Assembly: GCA_016839815.1 (NCBI GenBank)
Contig: JAEOTM010000079.1
Location: 1 to 55,361, forward strand
Length of the DNA: 55,361 nt
Reading direction: 5' to 3'
DNA from: Candidatus Hodarchaeota archaeon
GTDB taxonomy: Archaea; Asgardarchaeota; Heimdallarchaeia; Hodarchaeales; Hodarchaeaceae
Positions 1 through 10,234 of the stretch are shown here, one piece after another (within the stretch, counting starts at the first letter, position 1; each line of letters starts with the position of its first letter). A program made the position numbers and the translations under genes. The notes below the pieces were generated by a model. That model was not told the origin of the DNA. It made no database searches and saw nothing but the letters and a program-made list of their open reading frames with translations.

Positions 1-2
1 CG

Positions 3-1199
3 ATGTTTACTGGTGATACTCTAGTTGATTTACTAGGTACACATTGGGATACATATTTTTATTTAGTTATAGCTCAAAGTGGTCGATATTTTGATCCTAT
101 TAGACCCACTGATGCTCGTGTATGGAATTTTGCCCCCCTCTATCCATTCTTTACTCGTCTTTTCATGGATCTTGGTTCTCTTGTAGGAATTGATATTCCA
201 GTTACTCTTGCTGGAGTAATCATAGCAAATCTCTTCTCGGTGATTTCGGTCGCTGCATTCTTTTTCCTTGCCCGTCTTTACTTTGATGACTTTAAATCTG
301 CCTGTGCCTCATTACTCTTCGCTTTTTTTCCAACTGTCTTTATGTTTTCTTCAATTGCCTATGCTGAACCAATTTTCATTACTTTTGCCATTATTTCCTG
401 GTATTATTTTGAAAAAAAGCGATATGCTTTTTCTGGCCTTACGCTTGGATTAGCTTCACTCGCTAGATTCCCTGGGGCATTAATATTCTTCCTTTATATT
501 CCAATTTATGTTGCTAGACAAATCAAAGAGAAAAGTGTGAAGGAAGCTGTTGGTTCCTTAGTTGCTATTCCCTTATTCCCTCTTTTGGTAATTTTCCATA
601 CTGTTTCCAGTCTTTATCAAAGGCTGAATACTTTCTCAGGCATTGAAAAGACTATGAATGAAATAAAAACACGCTACCCATCATTTCAAACAAAGATGCA
701 AGAACTCAAGAGTTCTATCGATTTCTTTGATGTGGGTTTGGGGTGGATTCTCATTTTTGGACTTCTTCCCCTTACTTGGATACTGTATGTGAATCATACG
801 GCCCCTATGCCTTTGGCTAAGGTAACGGAAACTTACTGGGGAGCTAAGTTTATTTTTCCATTCACTGGATTTTTTGAATTACTTGCGGGTCAAAATGTAC
901 GCTGGACATTTGAGAAATATGTCTATATTTTCTTCTTTTTAGGACTCGGCTTTATTACGATAAAGAGGCGTACGAGTTTTTCCATTCTCATTCTTGGTCA
1001 GGCGCTTTTTTATACGGGTTATTCAGGTGTCCACTCTTGGGGAGCCCCTCGTTATGCAGGTACTATCTTTCATGGATTTTTGGTTCTTGCAGAAGAAATT
1101 AAAACGCTTAGATTGTTTTTCATCGTTTATATTGTCTTTCTAACGTATGCTTTTATTGGCCTCTGGGAATTTATTCACGGTAGTGTATGGCTTATTTGA
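3..1199 (+). CDS. GT-C fold membrane glycosyltransferase, PIG-V/GPI mannosyltransferase 2-like (probably 5'-truncated by the window edge)
   Basis: WDTYFYLVIAQSG..Y, NFAPLYP, ANLFS, FFPTVFMFSSIAYAEPIF and LASLARFPG match PIG-V-like GT-C motifs; multiple TM segments. Confidence 0.75.
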   Translation: MFTGDTLVDLLGTHWDTYFYLVIAQSGRYFDPIRPTDARVWNFAPLYPFFTRLFMDLGSLVGIDIPVTLAGVIIANLFSVISVAAFFFLARLYFDDFKSACASLLFAFFPTVFMFSSIAYAEPIFITFAIISWYYFEKKRYAFSGLTLGLASLARFPGALIFFLYIPIYVARQIKEKSVKEAVGSLVAIPLFPLLVIFHTVSSLYQRLNTFSGIEKTMNEIKTRYPSFQTKMQELKSSIDFFDVGLGWILIFGLLPLTWILYVNHTAPMPLAKVTETYWGAKFIFPFTGFFELLAGQNVRWTFEKYVYIFFFLGLGFITIKRRTSFSILILGQALFYTGYSGVHSWGAPRYAGTIFHGFLVLAEEIKTLRLFFIVYIVFLTYAFIGLWEFIHGSVWLI

Positions 1200-1255
1200 T
1201 CGTGTCTCTTAGATGGAGAAAAAAAGTTCCTTGAGGGAATTTTTAATAAAAAGTA

Positions 1256-3232
1256 TCACTTTTTGGTTTTAGTTTGATATTGGGTGTAAAATTTCTTCAT
1301 TCTTTCCCACATACCATATTCCAACGGAATTAAAACTATAATAACTAACAGGTTTACAATGAAACTCGCAAATAAGATATCTACTTGATTACTTTTGAAA
1401 ACCAAAACTAGATTTGAATTTGAAACATTTTCAATGCTCATGAATCCAACTTCAGTCTCTCTGGTGAGTAATAGGCTGGGATTATCTTGAATTTTCCAGC
1501 CAGGATGATGTGCTACCTTAATTAACACGTTTACAATAGTCACATTACTTTCAATTTCGATACGAAGTTTATTTGCTGAAGAATAAGTAAGAGTTCCATT
1601 CCCAAAAGGTGTGACATCAACCAGACTAATGGGTATTTTTGACTCATACAACCATTTAGACTGATTAGTTTCCCTAGAAACAAACCTCCAATTAGTAGCT
1701 GGTAAACCACCTTGTCCTTTGTTAGTGATCATCCATTTGACTCCGTACTTGTTAGGGTCATTCGCTACATCTTGAATGATGGTTGCATTTGGTCTATACT
1801 TTGTGGAATTTGGAGGTGTATCCTGAAACCAGCTCAATCGACATCCAGGAGGATTCCACCCATCAAAATAGGGTTTTCCAGTTAATGCGGGAAGATATGC
1901 TATAAAATCCCCTTGATAGTGGTATGGACAGACATAAAAGAAACCTTCTCGTTCGTTCAGGTCTTCAACAAGCGGATTTAGAGTATTCCAATGATTATCA
2001 TCGAATTGTAGATATCCATAATTGGAAATCCCATTCTGGGCTTCTGCAATGGGAAGAAGTAATATGAGAATTACAACAACAAGGCTTCGTTTCTGATTTA
2101 TCCCTCTAATCGTAATGAGTAGTATGAGCATCTGGGAGGTTAACACAAACCTAAGAACATCCATTCCCCTAAGAAATAGTGGCAATTCAACATTCGATTC
2201 TTGATAAAATAATAGGAATCCTGTTATAGTAATCAATACTCCTGCTAAAATCATCCCTAATTCTTTGTGATTAAATTGTTTAATAACAATCGAAAATCCA
2301 AATAGTAACATAAGCAAAAAGACGTCTCGAGTAATATAGTGATCTATGAAACTTCTTAGAACTCGTAATATATGATAAATGACATCAGGGCCATCTGTAA
2401 ACTGACTAAAACTAGTTCGGCTGACCATGATTAGCCCTATTGGCTCTGAAAAAAAGGTAGCCATCAGAGTTATAACCCAAATAAACGGAATTCCCCAGAT
2501 AAGCATTCTAAAAGCGGATTCCTTCAGAATCGGTTTTATTAATTTAAAATCACGTCTTTTTACAGCGCTCTCAACTGCTTGAAGATTTCTTCCTAATTTA
2601 ACTATTTCAGAGCATATGATCACAATGATGAAGAATCCAAACATCATGAAATGAGTTAAACTTAGGAGACAGGCTAAAGCAACAGCTGAATAGCGTTTTT
2701 CAGAATAATAGAGAGCAAGACAAAAGAAGAATAATGCAACTCCAATATGGGTAGGTGCTCTGGAATAAAACATAAAACTCGAATTTAAACTGGGTAAAGT
2801 CATAATAAACAATGAAGCTAAAACAGAGCTATAAACAGATCGATTAATCGTTATTCCAACCCAATATACCCCAATTGCTATAAGTAAATGTGTAAACGCT
2901 AAAAATATGACATAAGATTCGTTTATTGAAAAGAAAATATCAATTAACCACAAAAAGAAAGTAGTATTCGGTGGATACACTTCTAGAAAGGCTGTACCTG
3001 CATACCAAAGCCCATTCCATTCAGAGTTCAATCCATTTTCACTGATATAAGCTAAACGAAATAAATGGGCACCAAAATCGACACCTGCAGGAAGTGACCT
3101 AAGAAAAGGCCAGTAAATCCATCCCCAAATGCAAAAAATCACTCCTATTGCTAGAATATGATCCGCTAATTGGGTACTAGTATTTTCCTCTTGCGGTGGT
3201 ACCTCTAAAATTTCTTTTGACTCAGTTTCCAC
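1256..3232 (-). CDS. Polytopic membrane protein, GT-C-like ('6-pyruvoyl-tetrahydropterin synthase-related'/YfhO-like)
   Basis: GVDFGAHL, WNGLWYAG, YPP, LTH motifs; many TM helices; C-terminal extracellular domain with HHPGW and a final TM helix; overlaps the upstream gene by 11 bp. Confidence 0.65.
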   Translation of the reverse strand: METESKEILEVPPQEENTSTQLADHILAIGVIFCIWGWIYWPFLRSLPAGVDFGAHLFRLAYISENGLNSEWNGLWYAGTAFLEVYPPNTTFFLWLIDIFFSINESYVIFLAFTHLLIAIGVYWVGITINRSVYSSVLASLFIMTLPSLNSSFMFYSRAPTHIGVALFFFCLALYYSEKRYSAVALACLLSLTHFMMFGFFIIVIICSEIVKLGRNLQAVESAVKRRDFKLIKPILKESAFRMLIWGIPFIWVITLMATFFSEPIGLIMVSRTSFSQFTDGPDVIYHILRVLRSFIDHYITRDVFLLMLLFGFSIVIKQFNHKELGMILAGVLITITGFLLFYQESNVELPLFLRGMDVLRFVLTSQMLILLITIRGINQKRSLVVVILILLLPIAEAQNGISNYGYLQFDDNHWNTLNPLVEDLNEREGFFYVCPYHYQGDFIAYLPALTGKPYFDGWNPPGCRLSWFQDTPPNSTKYRPNATIIQDVANDPNKYGVKWMITNKGQGGLPATNWRFVSRETNQSKWLYESKIPISLVDVTPFGNGTLTYSSANKLRIEIESNVTIVNVLIKVAHHPGWKIQDNPSLLLTRETEVGFMSIENVSNSNLVLVFKSNQVDILFASFIVNLLVIIVLIPLEYGMWERMKKFYTQYQTKTKK

Positions 3233-6200
3233 CGTGATTTTTCTCCTGTTGAGAGATACTAGTTATATTCTTTTTAATAGTTTCTATTAATTCTTTTCTT
3301 ATTTTGTGTGTACCTGTGTAGACTAAAGTAATAATGAAGATAATTAACAGAAAGAAAAATAAATCTAATTCTTCTGGATATGTTAATAGTGACGAAGGAT
3401 CAGGTACTGATGATAAAGTAGAATAAAGGACTGTAATAAGGAGATAGAAAAAGACTACGCACCACCCACCAATTAATAGAACGCTCTGAAATCCAGTAGT
3501 TGATTGATGATCTCGAAAGTAGATCTCTCTTTCCTCTCGTACTTCTTTAGGTATACTGGGAATGGATTGATTGCGTTTAGATCGATAATCTACTAGGAGT
3601 AAAATGAAAATCATTATTTGTATGAGTAGCACAAGGATAAGATAAATAGGAACAGAATTTATTCCTTGAAAGAACCAGTTTCTGATAGAAAAAAGGTCAT
3701 TAAAGGGTCGAATGAAAATTAAATCGGATAAAGGAACTCTATTTTCTATGACCTGTGAAATAATTATTATTCCAAATATTACTGAGGAGACACATGTAAT
3801 TCCAAGCGCAAATAAACTTTCGATTAAATTTGCTGTAGTCCCAAGCTCCTCACTATCAAACTTGCTTATTTTTCTTTCAGTATCCATAGCTTCGTTTTCT
3901 TTTGGTTCAGTTACTTGTGCTAGTAAGGTAGAATTGGCAATCACCAACAAAATTACTGTTAAAATAATTATAACGTACTCGGAATAAAGCGAAGAGCCGG
4001 AATTAAATAAATATATAGTGATTATGCTTTCTCCAAAATATAGTGCTCCTAGTAGCTGATTAGCATAAAAAAATATCTGGTTTCGTTGATTATTTGTCTC
4101 TTTATTATTTGAGAAAGTCATTGTTTCGTCAGCGAATGTTAAAATTGCTGTACAAACTAGATATAGAAAGCTAGAGAATAACCACCGTTGTACAGTAAAG
4201 TATGGGGATCTAAAGAAGAGAAGATCAAGCAAAACAAAGATTATTGGGAAAATAGCCTCGCTTACAAAACTTATTATTGGTATATCTCCAATTGACTTCT
4301 TTATCGCTACAAGATCATTCCAGAGGTTTACTATTATATCATTAAAGGGAAACCCTAGTATTGAAATCAACTCTACACCCGCCCATATTATGAATAATGA
4401 TAAGATACTGCATCCTAAAATCACAATAGCTTTCAGAAATATATCATTTTTATCCTTCGAATGAAGATTATTTAGTTTTTTTCGTAAGAATGGTCCTAAG
4501 TTAGTTAGGGGAAAATAAGGATTCACAAGCAATATTAAAAATAGTATTCCAGCAAAAGCACTAATTTCATGAAGAGCTAACGACGAAGCAGCAGGCCAAT
4601 GAATATTTAGAGTGAAACTAGCAAAAATTAAGTCAATATGAATCTCTCCCATATAATGACCTTGAAGAAGATCAAGTGTAAGTTTCCCATTATAGTCCAA
4701 GTTTAAGTTAATCCAGCTAAACATTGCATCTAGGTGACCTTCCTGTTCTATTGATCCCCAAATCGGATTAGCCATACTTTGTCCCCCTAAAGGATAAACT
4801 CCAACCCAACCTCCAGCAAAATTAATAAGAAATGTAAGTATCCCTAAGATACCCGCACTTATTTTGAGAAAATATTGAATGATAAACTCTACTAGACTGT
4901 GAATTGAGGAAAATGGATTTCTTGGAATCTGCTGATTCAGAAGAAATGCTAGAGGAAGTATTATAAATGGGACGATCGGTACTAATTGCCTCGGTCCGTA
5001 GGCTAAACCACCTGTAGGTAAATAGTATTTACTATAAAGAGAAATAAGCATAAGAGGGGCAGTAATACACATTACTGCTAATGCTGGAGATTTCCGATAC
5101 ATTGGAATAATGCCCAATATTGAGATCAATATAATTGGCATGAATGTGAACAAACCATGATGCGAAGAGGTGAGAAGGATTTCCAAACCATCCATCATCG
5201 GAGCAGCAAAGTGTTGCACATCCTTGAAAAACCGTGCGAAGCTATAAGGAGTAGTAAAGGGACCTCCAAAACTTAGATAATTATAATAGGTGACTAAAAG
5301 TCCACAAATCACCATTGGAATAAGAAAAATCGTATTTGTGACAAGATAGTACTTGAGGTATTCTCGCCATGTCTTTCTAATCACATTCGGTTTCCATAAA
5401 ATGGGAATGAAGAGATACAGGTAGAAGAATGGCAGAAAAAACAAAAAAATGTAGTCACATACAACCATGTATCCAGCAAGAATACTTGACCATAACAGTG
5501 AGGTGTATGATCCAGTTTTTCTAAAAATCGATCCTTGATATAATACGAGTAAGATTAATCCTGCTGTAATCGAATGGGAGAAAAAAGTTCCGACATAGAC
5601 GTAGTATAAACTTCCTAAACCATATAAGAGAGCAACTCGGTGTGAATTTGTGTGATTAATTCCTTCAAGTCGTAGGAAATCATACATCTTTAACACAGTA
5701 AAGGCACCGAAAATAAGGACACAGATCATGGTTACAAACTTGATGAAATCATCCATTCCTCGCCAATCTAATTCATTTCTTCCCATCAATTGGGTATATA
5801 TAACTTCTCCAGCCCAATATATTGGAACAGCAAGTAAAGAAACGCCTGGAGGTTTATCAGAATAACTATAGTAGATTTCGAAATCATCAAGAAAAACCGT
5901 ACTTGAATTCATATTCTCTATTTGAAACGAGCTTATACTCCTATTCTGATCATTTTCGCTGAATTGTAATGAGTATTTTCGGAAGAAGAGAGAATTGACT
6001 CTAATCCAATATGTGGAGTTGCTAGAATCTGTGAAGTGAAATGTAAATCTAAGATATGTGCTTTCTCCTTCATCACGACTAGCATAAAATGTTAGGGTAT
6101 AATTCTCATAGATTTTATTAACATCTATTGAAGTAAATTCTTGTCCTACCCATGTTTGGGATTGGAGCTGAAAAGAATAATTTCCTGAATGAAATAATGT

Positions 6201-6551
6201 GCTGGTCCTATTAGAATGTAATCCATTAGTCAACCATGCAATTGATTGATTGTCAGAATCTCCTTCCTCAAATCCTGGATTAGTAATCTGGTTTATAACT
6301 GAGAAATCCAAGTAGCTATAATATTCTCGTACTTCCTCCCTGATTGCAAAATCCCCATTCTGCGCTATTTCTTTTGTTAGCATGAAACGAGAACCAGGAT
6401 TAGTATTGGTGATGTTTAAGGTTGCTCCCGCTAGGTATATCAAAAATATAAACATGAAAAAACGAAACCGGAAGGATTTTCCAAGTATCTCGAATATCAC
6501 ATTTATAGATAACTTGGATAGAGCTTTATTTCCGTTTTTCGATGCACTCAT
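3222..6551 (-). CDS. Large GT-C-like membrane glycosyltransferase with an inserted carbohydrate-binding-like domain
   Basis: SRFMLT, YSDKPPGVSLLAVP, TFFSH, YNY..FGGPF, HGLFTFMP, YGPRQLVP motifs; NPGFE..LDDF jelly-roll insert; extra C-terminal TM bundle. Confidence 0.6.
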   Translation of the reverse strand: MSASKNGNKALSKLSINVIFEILGKSFRFRFFMFIFLIYLAGATLNITNTNPGSRFMLTKEIAQNGDFAIREEVREYYSYLDFSVINQITNPGFEEGDSDNQSIAWLTNGLHSNRTSTLFHSGNYSFQLQSQTWVGQEFTSIDVNKIYENYTLTFYASRDEGESTYLRFTFHFTDSSNSTYWIRVNSLFFRKYSLQFSENDQNRSISSFQIENMNSSTVFLDDFEIYYSYSDKPPGVSLLAVPIYWAGEVIYTQLMGRNELDWRGMDDFIKFVTMICVLIFGAFTVLKMYDFLRLEGINHTNSHRVALLYGLGSLYYVYVGTFFSHSITAGLILLVLYQGSIFRKTGSYTSLLWSSILAGYMVVCDYIFLFFLPFFYLYLFIPILWKPNVIRKTWREYLKYYLVTNTIFLIPMVICGLLVTYYNYLSFGGPFTTPYSFARFFKDVQHFAAPMMDGLEILLTSSHHGLFTFMPIILISILGIIPMYRKSPALAVMCITAPLMLISLYSKYYLPTGGLAYGPRQLVPIVPFIILPLAFLLNQQIPRNPFSSIHSLVEFIIQYFLKISAGILGILTFLINFAGGWVGVYPLGGQSMANPIWGSIEQEGHLDAMFSWINLNLDYNGKLTLDLLQGHYMGEIHIDLIFASFTLNIHWPAASSLALHEISAFAGILFLILLVNPYFPLTNLGPFLRKKLNNLHSKDKNDIFLKAIVILGCSILSLFIIWAGVELISILGFPFNDIIVNLWNDLVAIKKSIGDIPIISFVSEAIFPIIFVLLDLLFFRSPYFTVQRWLFSSFLYLVCTAILTFADETMTFSNNKETNNQRNQIFFYANQLLGALYFGESIITIYLFNSGSSLYSEYVIIILTVILLVIANSTLLAQVTEPKENEAMDTERKISKFDSEELGTTANLIESLFALGITCVSSVIFGIIIISQVIENRVPLSDLIFIRPFNDLFSIRNWFFQGINSVPIYLILVLLIQIMIFILLLVDYRSKRNQSIPSIPKEVREEREIYFRDHQSTTGFQSVLLIGGWCVVFFYLLITVLYSTLSSVPDPSSLLTYPEELDLFFFLLIIFIITLVYTGTHKIRKELIETIKKNITSISQQEKNHGGN

Positions 6552-6676
6552 TGAAATACCCTTGGGAAAATCTTCGTAAGAACATTCACAGAAATTACTG
6601 GTTCACACATAACAGGACTACAACTATTTAAAAATTCCAGCTTAGTCGGAGTGAAAATCGATCCATTAAATGATTT

Positions 6677-7951
6677 TTAGATTTTAAGTGCAAATCGTGG
6701 AACCATTCGTGCGACAATTTCTCCTAGACCTAGCTCAACCGTATGAATCACTACACTTCGGCCTCGGTATGTGAATTGAAGATCTCGTGGGGATTCAAAC
6801 ATCAAGGTTCCAATACCTGTACCAAGATCAACTGAAAAATATCTCCTTTTTTCAACCGTTTCAAATATCTCAGGAATCGCAATGATATGAGGAAAAGCAT
6901 AACCCCCTCCATGAGGAAGAATATTTGCATTTTTAATTCGCTCTTCAAGACCAAACTTCTCCATTCGCTCTTTAAAATTCAAAGTTTCTACTGCTTCATC
7001 AGAAAAGTTTGAAATTCCTTTCATGAGGTAACAAGGTAAGTCTGCCCTCAATGTGATCGGAAAAAACTGGTTTTGAGAGGAATTTTTGAAAGTATATGCC
7101 CCCAATACAACCTCGTTTAAGTTCATCATTCCTTGGTGACAGGTGTTTGAAATAACATCAAATCCCTTCCCAAAAATCATTTCAGCTGCTAGAATTCGTC
7201 TTTTAGCACCAATCGTATCAGCCCATTTAAAGAAATCATAATAACGTGTAGCATTAGACCCGACTAGGTAATGAATATCTCCAAAGGGTGTTTCCATAGT
7301 TTCTGCAAAATACTGCAATGCCTCGCTTTCGTGGTAATATAATCCCATTCGCTTCGGATTGTCATCTGTCCGTAATTCCGAGGGGGAAGAGTGTGTAATA
7401 AAAGTGTATTCAGGTAAATCGGTCGATTCACCTACCGCCGGATTAGGAAGGACTTCAAATACATTGATAAAGTGATTTCCACTTCCAAAATTCCAATGAA
7501 TTGGGATTCCATCAATTTCAATGTCCCCAGAACTATCATTCAGTTCATGAACTTTCTGAATTAGTTCTATTGGGTCAGGTATCTCATTTAAAGACCCTAC
7601 TAGCATTCCACACGCATTTGGCATGGTGTCAATAAATACTAATGGTTCATTTCCGTCTCCCCACGTAATTTTCCCTCCATACCCGATTCCATTTCTCCAT
7701 CGTCGAATATTACGAGTAATGGTACAATCAGGGGCGGCAATAAATGTTGCGGTAGGATCCATACCGAGCTTCGATTGTACTAAGTGCATCTTTGCTAACC
7801 CATAGATAAAGTTGATCCGAGATAATTTAGAGGCACTATCTTCAATTGCTGTAGAAAAGATAAACTTTCTGGACCGTGAAAGTAATTTTCCCCTGCTCAT
7901 ATTTCTATTTAGCTCCATAGAATCAACTCTCAATCTGAGGATGTCGATCAA
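6677..7951 (-). CDS. Divergent RtcB-fold (RNA ligase-like) protein
   Basis: Ordered motifs APD, NACGM, GSGNHF, THSS, CHQ, PHGGG parallel the RtcB motifs MPD, INCG, GSGNHF, HSGS, HN, HGAG. True start may be the ATG of MELNRN or MSRGK. Confidence 0.6.
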   Translation of the reverse strand: MIDILRLRVDSMELNRNMSRGKLLSRSRKFIFSTAIEDSASKLSRINFIYGLAKMHLVQSKLGMDPTATFIAAPDCTITRNIRRWRNGIGYGGKITWGDGNEPLVFIDTMPNACGMLVGSLNEIPDPIELIQKVHELNDSSGDIEIDGIPIHWNFGSGNHFINVFEVLPNPAVGESTDLPEYTFITHSSPSELRTDDNPKRMGLYYHESEALQYFAETMETPFGDIHYLVGSNATRYYDFFKWADTIGAKRRILAAEMIFGKGFDVISNTCHQGMMNLNEVVLGAYTFKNSSQNQFFPITLRADLPCYLMKGISNFSDEAVETLNFKERMEKFGLEERIKNANILPHGGGYAFPHIIAIPEIFETVEKRRYFSVDLGTGIGTLMFESPRDLQFTYRGRSVVIHTVELGLGEIVARMVPRFALKI

Positions 7952-8232
7952 CTTGGTTCTGCATGAAATAATCCGAAATTAACGCTAATAACCTCTCATC
8001 CTCACAAGATCACCATTATATTTATTGTTATTCTTTGTTCATCTATTTTGATTATTGTCGAATTTATAGCTCATCTCAAGTTTTCACTTGTGGAAAAAAC
8101 AGAGATAATTTAAGTTCAGGGCAAACTATTCACATAAAAGATGTTTCCTCGATACCATTCTAAACACGATAATGACTTGCTACCCTATAAGAGAATCATA
8201 TGTTTAACTGCAATCCCTAAGGAGATAATTAG

Positions 8233-8850
8233 ATGTTAAGAAGTATAAAGGTATCTAACACCTTGAAAATCGTGATAACAGGCCTTGGTTCAACTGCAAT
8301 ACTCTTAATTATTGCCATGGCTTTATATCCAAACTATAATCAACTCGAGCTTACCATATCAAAATTAGGCAACATTTGGCCTTCTTCGTTCTTCTTCTCA
8401 CTTGCTCTTCTAATTGAAGCTAGTACCCTTACATACATTTTATCAAAGGTAAAAAGGGGAGCCTTAATTCTATTTAAAGAACATAAACAGGATATGTTGA
8501 TAAACTACATTCTGTACAATATCATGATTCTCTGTATCATAGGAGTGGTCATTTTTCCCAGTCAAGGTGCTACATCCGATATTCATGATGCTATTGCTAT
8601 AACCTTGTTTATCTTGATGGCAATTACTACTACCTGGATATCCTCAATCGCTAATGCTGAATTAGAGGCTTGGAATAAGAATGTCTCCTATCTTGGGTAT
8701 ATTTGCTCCATTTCGGTCGTCATTCTTGGTTATCTGTTAGCCTTTGGTGTCCTCGGCCCACTAATACAAAAACTCACGGTTGTTTTATTCAGTGTTTGGG
8801 TAATATTGATGGTTTATGCACTTCAAAAGTACTCTATATTTGGAATCTAA
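8233..8850 (+). CDS. DUF998-like (Frag1/DRAM-like) six-TM membrane protein
   Basis: YPNYN..TISKLG, IGVVIFP, IHDAIA, LIQKL motifs with 6 hydrophobic segments. Confidence 0.6.
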   Translation: MLRSIKVSNTLKIVITGLGSTAILLIIAMALYPNYNQLELTISKLGNIWPSSFFFSLALLIEASTLTYILSKVKRGALILFKEHKQDMLINYILYNIMILCIIGVVIFPSQGATSDIHDAIAITLFILMAITTTWISSIANAELEAWNKNVSYLGYICSISVVILGYLLAFGVLGPLIQKLTVVLFSVWVILMVYALQKYSIFGI

Positions 8851-10058
8851 TGGGAGCGATAATATTGGACGAAAAAAAGGATTCTTCAAAAAAGAATGAA
8901 GGATCACAAAATGGAGACTGGGGGATATACGAAATTAAGGATATACTGCCAATTGAAAGGTTTGACCCATTTACCACCTATATTGATGAATCGGGTTTAA
9001 TTGTTGGCCAAAAGACAATTTTTAGTACTATTCGAAGAAAGAGACCTGATGATTACAAGCACATTCAGAATCTGCCAATGAAAAACAGCGATTCTTCATT
9101 AAAAGATACATTTTGTAAAATAATCGAGGGTACTCTCCCATCAATCGTCATAACTAAAGATTTAGTTATTGAAAACGATCCATTCTCAACACAGTCACTT
9201 AATAATGATCTTCGCTCAACTAAAGTGTTTAGTACTATCAATTTATACCCTCCTATCTTCCGAGTTATAGAATCAAAAGAAAATCAAGAAAGTATTCAAC
9301 CGCACCCTTTCGGCCTCTCATTAGTCCATATTTTCACAAAACATTATCTCTACCCTGATAAAATTCCAATCAAGGAATGGGAGATTTTCCTAAAAAATTA
9401 CTGTTTGACAATGAAATCTTGCCTAGAGCACCCAAACGTCGAACGAGGGAAAAACCTCACACTTCATACCTTTTTTAACATCGGGTCGCGTGCTGGAGCA
9501 AGTATTCCCCATCTCCATGGACAGTCAGTATTATATATCAACAGTTCTGGATCAGGAAGTAAATATAACTCGTATATCCAAGCCTCCCAGAGTCACAAAG
9601 AGTGTATAAAGTGTCAATATTGGCTTAAGGAAAATATCACATTTTTCTCTAATTCACTGTTAATAAAGGACAGAGTGCTTGTAAAAAATGAGGATTGGAT
9701 GGCGTGTTTAGCTTACGCCCCAGAAAAAGATGCTCATATTCGATTGATACCCCGTCGACATGTATCAGCTCTTTGGCAACTCACAGAAAAGGAACTTAAT
9801 TCTCTCGCTTCACTTATTATTCAGTGTAATGTAGTGCTTACGAAATTTATTGAACATAGTGGAACAAAGTTGAAGCTTGTCAAAGACAGAAATATGATTG
9901 TACGTCAGCTCATCCATCCAGACAATAATCACTTCCATATGTTTATTGATTTACTCCCAGTACAACAACTAGGAGGATTAGAAATATCTGATAATCAAAA
10001 GATTTCTAGTTACCTCCCCGAAACTCTCGTATCGCAGATGAAAATTTATATTTCATAG
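8850..10058 (+). CDS. Galactose-1-phosphate uridylyltransferase-like (GalT/HIT superfamily) nucleotidyltransferase
   Basis: NIGSRAGASIPHLHGQ (HxHxQ), RFDPFT..RRKRP, CxxC, IPRRHV. Start moved to the ATG at 8850, which overlaps the upstream stop (TAATG). Confidence 0.8.
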   Translation: MGAIILDEKKDSSKKNEGSQNGDWGIYEIKDILPIERFDPFTTYIDESGLIVGQKTIFSTIRRKRPDDYKHIQNLPMKNSDSSLKDTFCKIIEGTLPSIVITKDLVIENDPFSTQSLNNDLRSTKVFSTINLYPPIFRVIESKENQESIQPHPFGLSLVHIFTKHYLYPDKIPIKEWEIFLKNYCLTMKSCLEHPNVERGKNLTLHTFFNIGSRAGASIPHLHGQSVLYINSSGSGSKYNSYIQASQSHKECIKCQYWLKENITFFSNSLLIKDRVLVKNEDWMACLAYAPEKDAHIRLIPRRHVSALWQLTEKELNSLASLIIQCNVVLTKFIEHSGTKLKLVKDRNMIVRQLIHPDNNHFHMFIDLLPVQQLGGLEISDNQKISSYLPETLVSQMKIYIS

Positions 10059-10234
10059 AATTGACTTGTCAGAAACGGATTCCGTGGTTTTTCCGGATGG
10101 ATTCATCTCTGATATGTTTATTAATTTTCACCTGATGTAACCTGTATCCGTCATAGGGGTCTTTTTAAGAGATTATGTTCCAATGTTTACTATCGGCAAT
10201 AATGCTTCACCTGCCATGGAATTGAGTGATAAAA

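Noticed and set aside
8703-8849. N-terminal 49-aa extension of the GalT-like ORF
   Set aside because: Overlaps the upstream gene; the TAATG junction at 8850 is a better start
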